From positions 832,001-896,000 of the forward strand of contig CAVPNL010000006.1 of the NCBI GenBank assembly GCA_963706575.1: a stretch of DNA of 64,000 bases, in the 5' to 3' direction. This document shows, piece by piece, positions 10,255 through 20,232 of this stretch. The stretch comes from an uncultured delta proteobacterium (GTDB lineage Bacteria > Desulfobacterota > Desulfobacteria > Desulfobacterales > JAHEIW01). Under the pieces are notes generated by a model. It saw only the letters and a list, made by a program, of their open reading frames with translations. It did no database searches and was not told where the DNA came from. Every line of letters starts with the position of its first letter. Positions within the stretch are counted from its first letter, which is position 1. A program made the position numbers and the translations under genes.

Positions 10255-10581
10255 TCAGGTAATTTTGTTTAAGGCTTCTTCCAATTTTGTTTTGGCCACC
10301 ATTCCGGTGATTTGCTCCACGACATCGCCGTTTTTAAAGAATATAAGCGTGGGAATCGCTTTAATGCCGTATTTGCTGGGAGTAACCGGACTGTTGTCAA
10401 CATTGCATTTTGCGAATTTGACTTTATCGCCGAAGGCGCCCGCTAGATCTTCCACCATAGGTCCAATTGCTTTGCAGGGGCCGCACCAGGGTGCCCAAAA
10501 GTCGACCATTACCGGTTTATCGGCCTGCAGCACTTCTGCTTCAAAATTTCCATCATCTATTTCCATGATACCTTCTGCCAT
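10255..10581 (-). CDS. trxA: Thioredoxin
   Basis: WAPWCGPC active site, IPTL. Confidence 0.97.
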   Translation of the reverse strand: MAEGIMEIDDGNFEAEVLQADKPVMVDFWAPWCGPCKAIGPMVEDLAGAFGDKVKFAKCNVDNSPVTPSKYGIKAIPTLIFFKNGDVVEQITGMVAKTKLEEALNKIT

Positions 10582-10785
10582 GATTTTTCATCCTTTCCTT
10601 GTCGAAATTATACAATTGTTCCATAATAGTGATACACGGTTATATTGTCAACCTTGGCCAATTTTCTGGCAAGCCACCATGCCCGCGAAACCATGGCGTC
10701 AAGTTCGCCGGTTAGTTCCATGCCTATCCGTTTTTAAAAATGAAAGCCGGTTATAGTGAAAGTTGGAGCCAGTGTCAAATGAAAC

Positions 10786-10843
10786 TAGAACCCATCTCAA
10801 AAATGTCTTTTGGCCCAAAATCCGATTTTTGAGATGGGTTCTA
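10786..10843. mobile_element. MITE family A, minimal 58-bp copy
   Basis: TAGAACCCATCTCAAAAAT ... ATTTTTGAGATGGGTTCTA terminal inverted repeats. Confidence 0.85.
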
Positions 10844-10950
10844 ATATAGATCTAAAACTTTCAAATTGAATTAAATCACGATTTTTGGCAACCTTAACCT
10901 TTTTGGTATTCAACAATCATTGATAATCCATAACCGGAAAGGGTTTAAGA

Positions 10951-11754
10951 ATGGAAAACAAGATTCGAATCGGGGCTCTTATTTCAGGGGGCGGATCAAA
11001 CCTGCAGGCCATTATTGATTCATGCGAAAATGGCAAAATTAACGCAGAACTGGCGTTTGTTGGATCCGATAACCCCCGGGCTGATGGCCTTAAGAGAACC
11101 GCAAATTACAAAATCCCATCATTTGTCGTTGATTATGCTTCGATAATTAGCAAGTTTAAAGCGGGCCCATCGCGGGCACAGCTGCCGGGTGATTTTGACT
11201 ATGATGATATTCTTGCCAAACAATCCCTTGCCCGGGGGCAGGATGATTCCGAAAAAATTAAATTCTTTTTATTCACCCGGGCGATTGCTGAGGAAAAGCT
11301 GCTAACTGAAATAGAACATTATCCCTTTGACCTGCTGGTGTTAGCGGGATTTATGAGAAATTTGACGCCCTATTTTATTGATCGGGTAAACCGGGATCGT
11401 AAAACTCCTCGAATCATGAACATTCATCCGGCATTGCTTCCTGCATTTCCCGGCGTAGATGGATACGGCGATACGTTCCGTTACGGTTGCAAGGTCGCTG
11501 GGTGTACGGTGCATTTTATCGATTACGGTGAAGACACCGGACCGATAATCGGGCAGCGGGCCTTTCCCATTACCCCTGGCGATACCATTGATTCCATCCG
11601 CAAAAGAGGTTTAAAACTGGAATGGGAGCTTTATCCGGAATGCATCCGGATGTTTGCGGAGGGCCGCTTAAAAACGGTTAAAAAGATATTTACCCTGGGT
11701 AGTGGAAAAAAGGTGCAACGCACCATCGTTGAGATTTTACCGCCGGCTAAGTAA
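10951..11754 (+). CDS. purN: Phosphoribosylglycinamide formyltransferase
   Basis: ISGGGSNLQAII, LAGFMR, NIHPALLPAFPG, GCTVHF, DTGPII. Confidence 0.93.
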   Translation: MENKIRIGALISGGGSNLQAIIDSCENGKINAELAFVGSDNPRADGLKRTANYKIPSFVVDYASIISKFKAGPSRAQLPGDFDYDDILAKQSLARGQDDSEKIKFFLFTRAIAEEKLLTEIEHYPFDLLVLAGFMRNLTPYFIDRVNRDRKTPRIMNIHPALLPAFPGVDGYGDTFRYGCKVAGCTVHFIDYGEDTGPIIGQRAFPITPGDTIDSIRKRGLKLEWELYPECIRMFAEGRLKTVKKIFTLGSGKKVQRTIVEILPPAK

Positions 11755-11774
11755 TCTGTTTGTCGTCACCAGAT

Positions 11775-11940
11775 TTCAGTGTTCAGGTGTCAGGTGTCAA
11801 AAACTGTGAACCGCAGAATATCGAATATCGAATGTAGAATGTCGAAGGCTAACAATTATTCGTCATTCGAAATTCCTGCCCATAGGTCACGTCTTTAGCG
11901 TGATTCGATGTTCGATATTCAAAAACGAATAACAAATAAC
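11775..11940. repeat. Stacked tandem-heptamer repeat elements (CAGGTGT; GAATATC/GATATTC; AATAAC)
   Basis: tcaggtgtcaggtgtca; gaatatcgaatatcgaatgtagaatgtcgaa ... ttcgatgttcgatattc; aacgaataacaaataac. Confidence 0.75.
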
Positions 11941-11944
11941 ATCC

Positions 11945-12712
11945 CTATAGGTAGGATCTGGCACCCACATAGCGGGTTCTGAAATATTTACTGGATAGGG
12001 AAGATGTTTTAATGCGACTGCCTCTGCGCGGAGCGTGCAAAAATTTATTTTCGCCCGTATAGATACCGACATGCGAAACTCGGTTGCCGCCCCTTGTTGC
12101 AAAAAACACCAGATCGCCTTTTTGTAACCGGCTGCGATCAATCGGTCTTCCGACTTTCCATTGTTGTCTGGATGAGCGCGGCAGGTCCAATCCGTTAAGG
12201 CGATAGACAACCATTGTCAATCCGCTGCAATCAAACCCGGTCCGGGGTGATTCGCCGCCCCAGCGATACGGCACGCCGACATACTGCCCTGCGGTTCTAA
12301 TGATTTCTTCCCTGAGCCGCACATCCCCATTGCGGGAGTCTGCTGCATACGCATGCGGCTCAACGATATAAAAACCATCGATAATACCCCTGCGTTGCAG
12401 ATCAAGTGCTCGGCTGCGGGCGGCCTGTTTGCTTCTGAAGTTTTCAAACCGTACTTTATACAGCCCCGAGCTGTGAAGAAAATGATAGGCATCCAGGCCC
12501 TGTCGTTCCAGTGACGCCGTCAGGCGCACCGCATTATTGATATTTGAGAAGGCGCCCACCTGGATGGTATAGCGCATGCGCAGCAGAACAGATCCTCTTG
12601 CCGCCGAAGAATCATCGGATCGGATGACCGACTCACCACCACATCCGACCAATAGAAGGAGACATGCGGAGATGAGTGCGAATATTGCGTTAAGAGATGT
12701 TCGATGGTTCAT
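11945..12712 (-). CDS. SPOR-domain NlpC/P60 lipoprotein peptidase
   Basis: Lipobox LVGC, YTIQVGAF (SPOR), GVPYRWGG, FDCSGL, SHVGIY, FLHAP. Confidence 0.9.
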   Translation of the reverse strand: MNHRTSLNAIFALISACLLLLVGCGGESVIRSDDSSAARGSVLLRMRYTIQVGAFSNINNAVRLTASLERQGLDAYHFLHSSGLYKVRFENFRSKQAARSRALDLQRRGIIDGFYIVEPHAYAADSRNGDVRLREEIIRTAGQYVGVPYRWGGESPRTGFDCSGLTMVVYRLNGLDLPRSSRQQWKVGRPIDRSRLQKGDLVFFATRGGNRVSHVGIYTGENKFLHAPRRGSRIKTSSLSSKYFRTRYVGARSYL

Positions 12713-12726
12713 CTTAAATAACTTCC

Positions 12727-12948
12727 GGTTCAAGGGTTCAGGGTTCTGGGTTCAGAGGTTGGATAACAGAAAGTAGAGGCCGTAGGATTTAGTTAAATAG
12801 TTGATTAGTTGAATGGTTAATTCGTCAGAGGATTCAACCCAATCTAAACTATTTGACCATTCAACCAATTAACGAATCAACTAAACTAACGGGTGAGCGA
12901 CTAAAGGGAAGAACCCCTGAACCTTTGAACCCTTGAACCCTGAAACCT
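12727..12948. repeat. Nested hairpin elements: outer GGTTCA(A/G)G arms, inner TAGTTGA/TCAACTA arms
   Basis: Outer arms 12727-12760 and 12911-12948; inner arms ~12790-12825 and ~12846-12890. Confidence 0.85.
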
Positions 12949-12953
12949 GCTTC

Positions 12954-14126
12954 TTATGAGGCTCCCAGCAGTACTTTGACAATAACCGGGAAGGCGATAA
13001 AGGTTCCCAGAGAGCTTCCGAGATTCGTAAAAACCACCACCAGCAGAATGCGTGTGACATTATTTTTCCAAAACCCCCGAACAGACTGGATATCTTCCGG
13101 CAGTCGCTCCAAATCCCTTACTTTGGGCTTTCGCGAAAAAGCCTCCACCAGCCCCGATACCCACCCGGCAGCGATCATGGGGTTCAGGGAAGTCAACGGT
13201 GCCGCCACAATGGATGATATAATCGTGGCTGGGTGGGCCAACGCGATGATTGCCCCCACTCCGGCTAAAATGCCATTGGCTAAAATCCACCAGATGATCA
13301 TGTCGGTGCCTGCCTCTTTACCGCCGTAAAAAAATCCGGCAATAAACAGCACAACGATTGCCACGGGGATCAACCATTTGAGAATCCCAATGGATTTGCC
13401 TTTGGGGGGAAGTTGCTCAAGTGCCCGGGTGTCGATGTCGCTATTCCAGTATTTTTGGATGCCAGGAACATGGCCGGCGCCCACTACGGCCACGATCCTG
13501 TTGCCGGGTGCCGTCCGAATTTTTTCAGCCAGATACTGGTCCCGTTCATCAATGAGGATGGACTTCAAAGCCGGGAGTGATTTGCCGACTTCAGCCAGCA
13601 GGGTTTCCAGAACGTCCTGCTGTTTCATCTTTTCAATATCTTCTTCTTTGATTTCATCAAGTTGCCCCAAAGACAGCGTCAATTGAAAGATCAGTTTAAT
13701 TTTGCTCCAAAATCCCATTACGCGCCAGGTCCTGGAAAGGGTGGTACGGATCTCCCGGTCGGCAAGATGAATTTGGGCGCCCGTGGATTCAGCGGTATTT
13801 ATGGCCGTTATCATTTCCTCGCCAGGCTGAACATCAAACTGTTTTGCAATTCGTTTTTGAAATGATGCCAGCAAAAGATTCGACAGGAGCAAAAATGATT
13901 TTTTTTCCTTGATCACTTTGACGATATCGGTATCCTGCCATCGATCCTTTTGTTGGATAGCCTGGAATCGGGGTTGGCAGAGTTCGACACAGACGGTATC
14001 CGGCTTTTCCTCCTCAATTACCGATTGTACCAGCCGGGCGCTCTCTTTTGAAACGTGAGCCGTCCCGACCAGGATGATTTCTTTTTCGTTAAACTTGAGG
14101 TGGGTCAAATTAGGGTTGTTTGCCAT
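12954..14126 (-). CDS. TraB/GumN (pheromone shutdown) family protein
   Basis: LVGTAHVS, VCVELC, PGEEM, ADRE, ERDQYLA, VVGAGHVPG plus C-terminal TM helices. Confidence 0.92.
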   Translation of the reverse strand: MANNPNLTHLKFNEKEIILVGTAHVSKESARLVQSVIEEEKPDTVCVELCQPRFQAIQQKDRWQDTDIVKVIKEKKSFLLLSNLLLASFQKRIAKQFDVQPGEEMITAINTAESTGAQIHLADREIRTTLSRTWRVMGFWSKIKLIFQLTLSLGQLDEIKEEDIEKMKQQDVLETLLAEVGKSLPALKSILIDERDQYLAEKIRTAPGNRIVAVVGAGHVPGIQKYWNSDIDTRALEQLPPKGKSIGILKWLIPVAIVVLFIAGFFYGGKEAGTDMIIWWILANGILAGVGAIIALAHPATIISSIVAAPLTSLNPMIAAGWVSGLVEAFSRKPKVRDLERLPEDIQSVRGFWKNNVTRILLVVVFTNLGSSLGTFIAFPVIVKVLLGAS

Positions 14127-14277
14127 GGGTATCCAGTATATATTGCGGTCAGCACCGTTTGCCAATTCTGTTGATGATAAACCTGACTATAGTATATTAC
14201 ACCCGGCAAGGCAACAACCCTGCAGTTTTTCAACGATCAGCTGACCGAGCAATCAGCATCGCATTGGAAATTCTACC

Positions 14278-14709
14278 ATGATGATTTATGATGATATTTT
14301 TTCCTGGGAAGGATGGGGCGGTCAGCTGCGCCTGGCAAGCGGTGAATGCCGGTTGCGCATATTTGATCTTCAAAAGAAAAAAATCGGCGGCCCGGCTCAT
14401 CTTAGACCGATTATCGTTTTGGTTTCAGATGTTCCGGAAAGTCGAATGTCGGTACGCAGTTGCACCGGCCATATTGCCACCAATGTCACCCGGAGGTTTA
14501 AAATCGAACCGGACCGGATGCTGTACATCGAATACTATCCCGAAACAGCATATGGCGAAAATAACGAACATATCATTCCTGAAAAATATGACGTTGTGGA
14601 TTTTACCTGGCATGAAGGTCGGGCCATTGAGCCCAAATGGCGGGCGCTCAAGCCACCGCTGCTGGATGTGATAAAGGAGATTGTAAAAGCGCAATCAGCG
14701 CCAGGATAA
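14278..14709 (+). CDS. Hypothetical protein
   Basis: 143-aa ORF with plausible composition filling the gap between genes. Confidence 0.7.
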   Translation: MMIYDDIFSWEGWGGQLRLASGECRLRIFDLQKKKIGGPAHLRPIIVLVSDVPESRMSVRSCTGHIATNVTRRFKIEPDRMLYIEYYPETAYGENNEHIIPEKYDVVDFTWHEGRAIEPKWRALKPPLLDVIKEIVKAQSAPG

Positions 14710-14816
14710 ATCAGTGCATCGGAAAAAGCGCAAAGATCACCGTACTCCAGACGAAATGTGAGATGTAGGGACATGGCCGGCTGGCCAGAAACCAGTAGCG
14801 GTATAAATTCATTGTT

Positions 14817-15350
14817 TTATTGACTCTGGGCTTCGAGGGCTTCGACTTCTTTTGCGGCGGATCTGGCATCCTCTTGTGCCTGTCGGGCATTTTCGGCCAC
14901 TTCAGCTGCGCGGGCTTGAGCGGCTTCCGCCTGGTCAAAGGCCCTTCTTATCCGCTTTTTGAACTTTTTTCTTTTATCTTTGGTTTTGCCATATAGGTCA
15001 TAAGTTCGCATGGCATTTTCGTATGCTTCAGCGGCTTTTTGGCCGGCTTCCTGTGCCTCTTGATCGGCTTCTGCGGCCCTTTTTGCAGCCGCATCGGCTT
15101 GCCGGCGAACTGATTCCGTGTGCGTTTGATCTTGCCGGATGCTTTGTTGTCGTTTTAACTTCTGAATTTCTACGACGGCCTTTTCCTGATACTCTAAGGT
15201 ATCTTTAACTTTGGATTTTGGAGGCGGCGGGGTATCGGTAACATGCAAGTTTCCGTTTTCATCCGTCCAGGTATAGACCTGCCCGGCCATTAAACCGGAA
15301 CTTAGAAAGCCGGTCAGCAGGATGCCGATGATGATCGCCAAGAATTTCAT
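14817..15350 (-). CDS. DUF4124 family secreted protein with coiled coil
   Basis: Signal peptide then VYTWTDENGNLHVTDTPPP; GGAGG RBS. Confidence 0.85.
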   Translation of the reverse strand: MKFLAIIIGILLTGFLSSGLMAGQVYTWTDENGNLHVTDTPPPPKSKVKDTLEYQEKAVVEIQKLKRQQSIRQDQTHTESVRRQADAAAKRAAEADQEAQEAGQKAAEAYENAMRTYDLYGKTKDKRKKFKKRIRRAFDQAEAAQARAAEVAENARQAQEDARSAAKEVEALEAQSQ

Positions 15351-15475
15351 TTGCCCTCCAGTAAATTTAAGTATATTCTTTATTCCACTTAGTGTCAAAC
15401 CTTCCCGGGCAGCAGATAACTGTCCGGATACACATTGTTTCTTTGCAACCAACCGTTGGCCGTAGGAGGTAAATC

Positions 15476-15934
15476 ATGACACTTGAAATAACCAGTTCGG
15501 CATTTTCGGAAGGCGAAATGATACCGACCCGTTATACCTGTGACGGGCCGGACGTTTCCCCGGATTTAGCATGGAGCGGCGTCCCTGAAACCGCCCATAG
15601 CCTGGCGCTGATTTGTGATGACCCGGATGCGCCCATGGGTACCTGGGTGCACTGGGTGCTGTTTAATATTCCGGCCGGTGCCAGCGGATTGCCGAGCGAG
15701 ATATCGTCCGATGCCACCCTTGAAAACGGCGCGTGCCATGGCACAAATGATTTTGGCAGACTGGGATACGGCGGGCCCTGCCCACCGGGCGGCACCCACC
15801 GGTATTTTTTCAAGCTTTATGCGCTCGACAGCGAACTCAATCTGGCAAGCGGCATTACCAAGGCCCAGTTGATCGAAGCCATGGAAGGTCATGTCCTGGC
15901 CGAAGCGCAGTTGATGGGAAAATACAAACGTTAG
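15476..15934 (+). CDS. YbhB/YbcL (PEBP) family protein
   Basis: DDPDAP, WVHWV, GYGGPCPP, HRYFF. Confidence 0.95.
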   Translation: MTLEITSSAFSEGEMIPTRYTCDGPDVSPDLAWSGVPETAHSLALICDDPDAPMGTWVHWVLFNIPAGASGLPSEISSDATLENGACHGTNDFGRLGYGGPCPPGGTHRYFFKLYALDSELNLASGITKAQLIEAMEGHVLAEAQLMGKYKR

Positions 15935-16043
15935 CGCCGGTTTGATGATTTGGGCGATAGATTTTTAGTCGATACAAAAACTAGCATGTCAAATGTTGTT
16001 ATTTATTCGCTAACGTTTGTAGATCGTCCCACCATAGGTAGGA

Positions 16044-16210
16044 CTCGAGGAGCGTTTCACTTTAGGAGCGCTGCGCTTGAGGTGTCAGCTTAATGAAATT
16101 TTCTCGCATATGTGTTTAGCATCCATCTAAAGTTCCGAAGGAACGCTCCTCAAGCCCCGCGGGGGCGCTCCTAAAAGCCCACGGGGCTGCTCCTCGAGGC
16201 CTGAAGGGCC
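16044..16210. repeat. Branched inverted-repeat structure built from GAGG/GCTCCT modules
   Basis: Three nested complementary blocks, with small GC hairpins between the right-hand blocks. Confidence 0.8.
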
Positions 16211-16215
16211 GCTCT

Positions 16216-18552
16216 TTACTGATTCCAGAACCTCTGCAGACCATCTGCCAGCTGCCGGGGGTCCCGCACCCAGACCGGATCCCATTCTTCACGCAGCAAG
16301 GATTTATACTGATAGCGGGCATAGCGTTGATCAATTAAGAGCACCACACCGCGGTCCTTTTCCGCCCGGATCACACGGCCGGCAGCCTGCAGCACCCGGT
16401 TTATGCCCGGGTAAAGATAGGCATACTCAAAACCACCGTTCAAAGTACGGGTAAAATATTCCTTGATTAATTCCCTTTCCAGACTGATGCCGGGCAGGCC
16501 CACTCCGACGATCACCGCTCCTACCAGACGGTCACCGATCAGATCGATACCCTCACCAAAAATACCGCCCATCACCGCAAAACCGACCAATGTTTGCGGG
16601 CTGCCATTCGTAAATCGCTGTAAAAACGCTTCTCTTTCAGGTTCCGACATCCCGGAGGTTTGCAGGATGGTTTGAATTTGCGGGTTGCGGTTAGTAAATG
16701 AATGATAGATTTTGCGCATGTATTCATAAGAAGGAAAATACAGTAGATAATTTCCCTTCTTTTGTTCTACCAGGGCGGATATGGCCTGGGATACCTGGGG
16801 TACGGTTTGGTCCCGCTGACGATAGTAGGTCGAAATCTGATCGGAGATAAACAGGCCCAGGTTTTCACCGGGAAAAGGTGAATGCAGAATCAGGTGGCGA
16901 GCCGCGGCGTCACAGCCCAGGATTTTTTTAAAATAATCCATCGGTGTCATGGTGGCCGAAAATAATACGGCTGTCTGACAGCGGCTCAGCGCATTTGTAA
17001 GATGGACCGAAGGATCGATACAGAACAGTTTGAGTTTCAGATTCTTGCCGATTTTTTCATAACAGCTGGTGTAGCATTCATCATATTGGTCGGCAACTCT
17101 GGTAAATCCGGATATTGCAAAATACAGTTCCAGTAAGCTTTCGCGAAACGCTGTTTTGATGTTGTTGGAAAGCCAGCGCTCGGTAATGAAAAGAAATCCT
17201 CGCAGGAGCGGAATCAGGTCATCCGGTAGGGTTGTTTCCGCCAGCGGATTGCCAGATTCTTCACATTTTTTTCTGGCTTTTACGAGCCAGGCGTTGATCC
17301 GCCCCAGACTTTTGAAAATATGCGGCAGCTCATTTTTTAGCTGCCGTCGAACGTCCAAAACCGGTTGTTTGAATATCTCCGCCGAAAACATTTCCCGGGA
17401 GCGGTCGACCAGATTATGGGCTTCATCGATTAAAAAGATATAGTCGCCATTTTCTTCCTGGAAAAATCGACGCAAATATACCCGTGGATCAAAGACGTAA
17501 TTGTAATCACAGATGATGCAGTCGGCCCACAGAGTGAGGTCCAGGGAAAGCTCAAAGGGGCACACGCGATGCGTGCTAGCCGCCTCAACAATCTGTTCGC
17601 GTGTAAAGGCATCCCCGGCAAAGATGGCTTTGACAGCGTCGTTGATGCGGTCATAGTGGCCCCGGGCATATTCACACTCTTCGGGATTGCAGGCACTATC
17701 GGGGCAAAAACAGATTTTGTCCTTCGCAGTCAGGGTGACTGATTTCAATCGGAGGCCTTTGGCTCGCAATTCATCCAGGGCCTTTTCTGCCGCTATCCGT
17801 CCGGTGGTTCGGGCGGTAAGGTAAAAAATCTTTTGACTCACGCTTTCAGCAATGCATTTTACGGCCGGGTAGAGCACGGCGATCGTTTTGCCAATACCGG
17901 TCGCCGCCTCAACTATCAATTGGCTATTATCGCGCATCGCACGGTATGCTTCAACGGCCATTTGGCGCTGACCGGGCCGGTAGGTTGCAAAAGGAAATTT
18001 CAAATCCTGTATGGATTCATCGCGCCTGCGGGACCAGTCGATGACCGTTCCCGCCCATTCCAGATAACGCGCAACGAGATCCTCAAAAAAAGTCTCCAGT
18101 TCTGATATGGCAAAAGAGAGTTGATACTCACGGACTTCGCCGGTATCGATCTGGTAATAGGTCAGCCGGGTTATAATTTCTTCCAGACCCTGCTGGTGCC
18201 CATAAATATAGGCATATGTTTTGACCTGGGCCCAGTGAACCGGTTGCTGATTTTTTTCAAAATAATTCGGATTTCGGGTGGTGGTTTTAATTTCTTCAAT
18301 GATGGTTCGATCCGGTTCGGCATAAACACCGTCAATGCGGCCGCCGATAATGAGGCGAAGTCGATCCGTTTCAACCTGGTGGGAAATCGAAACCTCGGGC
18401 TGATAGGTATCGGGACGTGAATTTTGAATTTTTTGATGTGCCCGGATCGCTTCGACCGGGCGGCTGGAACCCAGGAACTCAAATACCAGGTCTCCTGACC
18501 GGAAAACATGTTCGATGAGTTCCCGCACCGCAATTTTTAGTTCGCTTTTCAA
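16216..18552 (-). CDS. XPD/Rad3-like Fe-S DNA helicase with N-terminal PD-(D/E)XK nuclease domain
   Basis: GRIDG..IEEIKT..QVKTY; ATGIGKT Walker A; Fe-S cysteines; DEAH; SAT; QAAGRVIR. Confidence 0.9.
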   Translation of the reverse strand: MKSELKIAVRELIEHVFRSGDLVFEFLGSSRPVEAIRAHQKIQNSRPDTYQPEVSISHQVETDRLRLIIGGRIDGVYAEPDRTIIEEIKTTTRNPNYFEKNQQPVHWAQVKTYAYIYGHQQGLEEIITRLTYYQIDTGEVREYQLSFAISELETFFEDLVARYLEWAGTVIDWSRRRDESIQDLKFPFATYRPGQRQMAVEAYRAMRDNSQLIVEAATGIGKTIAVLYPAVKCIAESVSQKIFYLTARTTGRIAAEKALDELRAKGLRLKSVTLTAKDKICFCPDSACNPEECEYARGHYDRINDAVKAIFAGDAFTREQIVEAASTHRVCPFELSLDLTLWADCIICDYNYVFDPRVYLRRFFQEENGDYIFLIDEAHNLVDRSREMFSAEIFKQPVLDVRRQLKNELPHIFKSLGRINAWLVKARKKCEESGNPLAETTLPDDLIPLLRGFLFITERWLSNNIKTAFRESLLELYFAISGFTRVADQYDECYTSCYEKIGKNLKLKLFCIDPSVHLTNALSRCQTAVLFSATMTPMDYFKKILGCDAAARHLILHSPFPGENLGLFISDQISTYYRQRDQTVPQVSQAISALVEQKKGNYLLYFPSYEYMRKIYHSFTNRNPQIQTILQTSGMSEPEREAFLQRFTNGSPQTLVGFAVMGGIFGEGIDLIGDRLVGAVIVGVGLPGISLERELIKEYFTRTLNGGFEYAYLYPGINRVLQAAGRVIRAEKDRGVVLLIDQRYARYQYKSLLREEWDPVWVRDPRQLADGLQRFWNQ

Positions 18553-18727
18553 TCGATTTCTAACTCAACCCTCGAAAAAAAATTCTCCATTTTTAAAAAT
18601 TTGAAACGCTTAATTTAAATTATCCGATGATGGGATATTAATTTACTCTGTGGGCTTATCTGAAGATTGTCAACAAATCAAGGAAGAATCAATTTAATCT
18701 GGGAAGGAGACTGAAGGGATGTATGGT

Positions 18728-18800
18728 GTTGCGCCTTCCGGCTTGCGGGTCAAGAGCGAAGGCAAAGAAAACGCGCAACCCGTAACCCGCAACTCGTAAC
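18728..18800. repeat. Degenerate heptamer hairpin element (AACCCGC family)
   Basis: aacgcgc aacccgt aacccgc aactcgt, with an eroded complementary left arm. Confidence 0.65.
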
Positions 18801-18821
18801 TTAAGAGTTTGACAAAGGAAC

Positions 18822-19364
18822 CTATTCCTGAACGACAAAATGGACCCTTCTGTTTTTTGCGCGGGTCTTTTCGTTCCCGCCGGTGTCGACGGGACGCTCC
18901 TTGCCGAAACTGACCGCAATGAGCCGGGACCTGTCGATGCCTTCTTTAATTAAAAATGATTTTACAGCACCGGCGCGCCGATCTCCAAAAGCAATATTGG
19001 TTTCCCTGGAACCGCGTTCATTGGTATGTCCTTCGATAATAACCGAGACATCCGGGTATTTTTTTAGAAATTCAGCTTTGCGATATAAAATCGTACGGGC
19101 TTCCGGCTGCAGACGATAGCTCCCTTTCTGAAAATAGATATCTTCCTGCATCACCTGAGTTTTGGCCGCCAGAAACCGACGCTGCTCGGCTTCTTTTCTT
19201 TGACGCTCTGCCTCCAATTCCTTCTGGCGTTCTAACTCGGCCGTTTCTGTCTCTATTTTCGATTCCTCTTTGACAGTCACCGTTTTTTTTGCGCAGGCTG
19301 ATAAAATAGCCAGACCCGGGATTATCAGTAAGAGAATTAAGCCCGTTTGCAATGTCTTGTGCAT
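18822..19364 (-). CDS. OmpA/Pal-like peptidoglycan-associated lipoprotein
   Basis: Lipobox LSAC, IEGHT, RRA, SFGKERP, NRRV. Confidence 0.88.
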   Translation of the reverse strand: MHKTLQTGLILLLIIPGLAILSACAKKTVTVKEESKIETETAELERQKELEAERQRKEAEQRRFLAAKTQVMQEDIYFQKGSYRLQPEARTILYRKAEFLKKYPDVSVIIEGHTNERGSRETNIAFGDRRAGAVKSFLIKEGIDRSRLIAVSFGKERPVDTGGNEKTRAKNRRVHFVVQE

Positions 19365-19556
19365 GTTCTTCTCCTTGATATAATCGGCAACTTACCTCTT
19401 CTAATCAAAGTTCTATGATCGTTTTTGCTTCTAAATTACTTAGATTATAGTATAAAAACAGATGAAAGTAAAATATATTCCTTAGCCGTGTGCAGTGGTC
19501 CGTTTGTGCGTTAATTCAAAACGTTCTTAAAAAGGAAAAAAAATTGCAAAAAGCAC

Positions 19557-19597
19557 TTGACACGCCTCTTTTTTCTGTTATAGTTCATGCCATGAAC
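19557..19597 (+). promoter_or_regulatory. Sigma70 promoter overlapped by a palindromic operator
   Basis: TTGACA-16 bp-TATAGT; perfect IR GTTCATG-C-CATGAAC at 19583-19597. Confidence 0.65.
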
Positions 19598-20083
19598 CAT
19601 ATTGCAAATAGAAATTCAATGGACGATACGGTCGATGTTCCGGAATATCAATTGAAACAATTTCAAGAGCTTATACTTAAATTATTTCAATGCTGCCAGG
19701 AACGGATGCAGTATCAATGCGAGCGTTTCGGTTTACCGGACGCCGAATTCAGGTGCCTGATGCTGTTTGGCGAAGAGCGTTATCTTACGGCCAAAGGAAT
19801 TGCGCTGAAAATGAACGTGGTCAAAAGCCGCGTATCAAAAATTATCGAAGGATTGCTCAAAAAGAAGTTGGTTCAACGCATCAAAGATCCCGAGGACTCC
19901 AGGGTCAGCCTGCTCAGCCTGACATCCCAGGGGCATGAAAAAGTAAATCATATCAATGAATTTCTAAATGATGTCCACCACCAGGCCCTGCTTCAGATCG
20001 CGCCGGACCAGCGCAAAACCGTCCTGACCAACCTGGACATTCTCAAGGCCTCGATGGAAGCGATAAAGGAAATGATGGTGTGA
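19592..20083 (+). CDS. MarR family transcriptional regulator
   Basis: wHTH (KSRVSKIIEGL), DPEDSR, LTSQG; start is 19592 or 19619. Confidence 0.88.
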   Translation: MNHIANRNSMDDTVDVPEYQLKQFQELILKLFQCCQERMQYQCERFGLPDAEFRCLMLFGEERYLTAKGIALKMNVVKSRVSKIIEGLLKKKLVQRIKDPEDSRVSLLSLTSQGHEKVNHINEFLNDVHHQALLQIAPDQRKTVLTNLDILKASMEAIKEMMV

Positions 20084-20232
20084 TTTATTTTTCATAGTCG
20101 CTTTAATCGTCAAAAGGAATATATCTTTTAGGAAAAAGGTTCATAGTATCAACTAAATACAACTAAAATGTCATTTAAGTTTCATAATTAACTGGAAAAC
20201 AGGGTTAACACCATAACTAAAGGAGGCAAATT

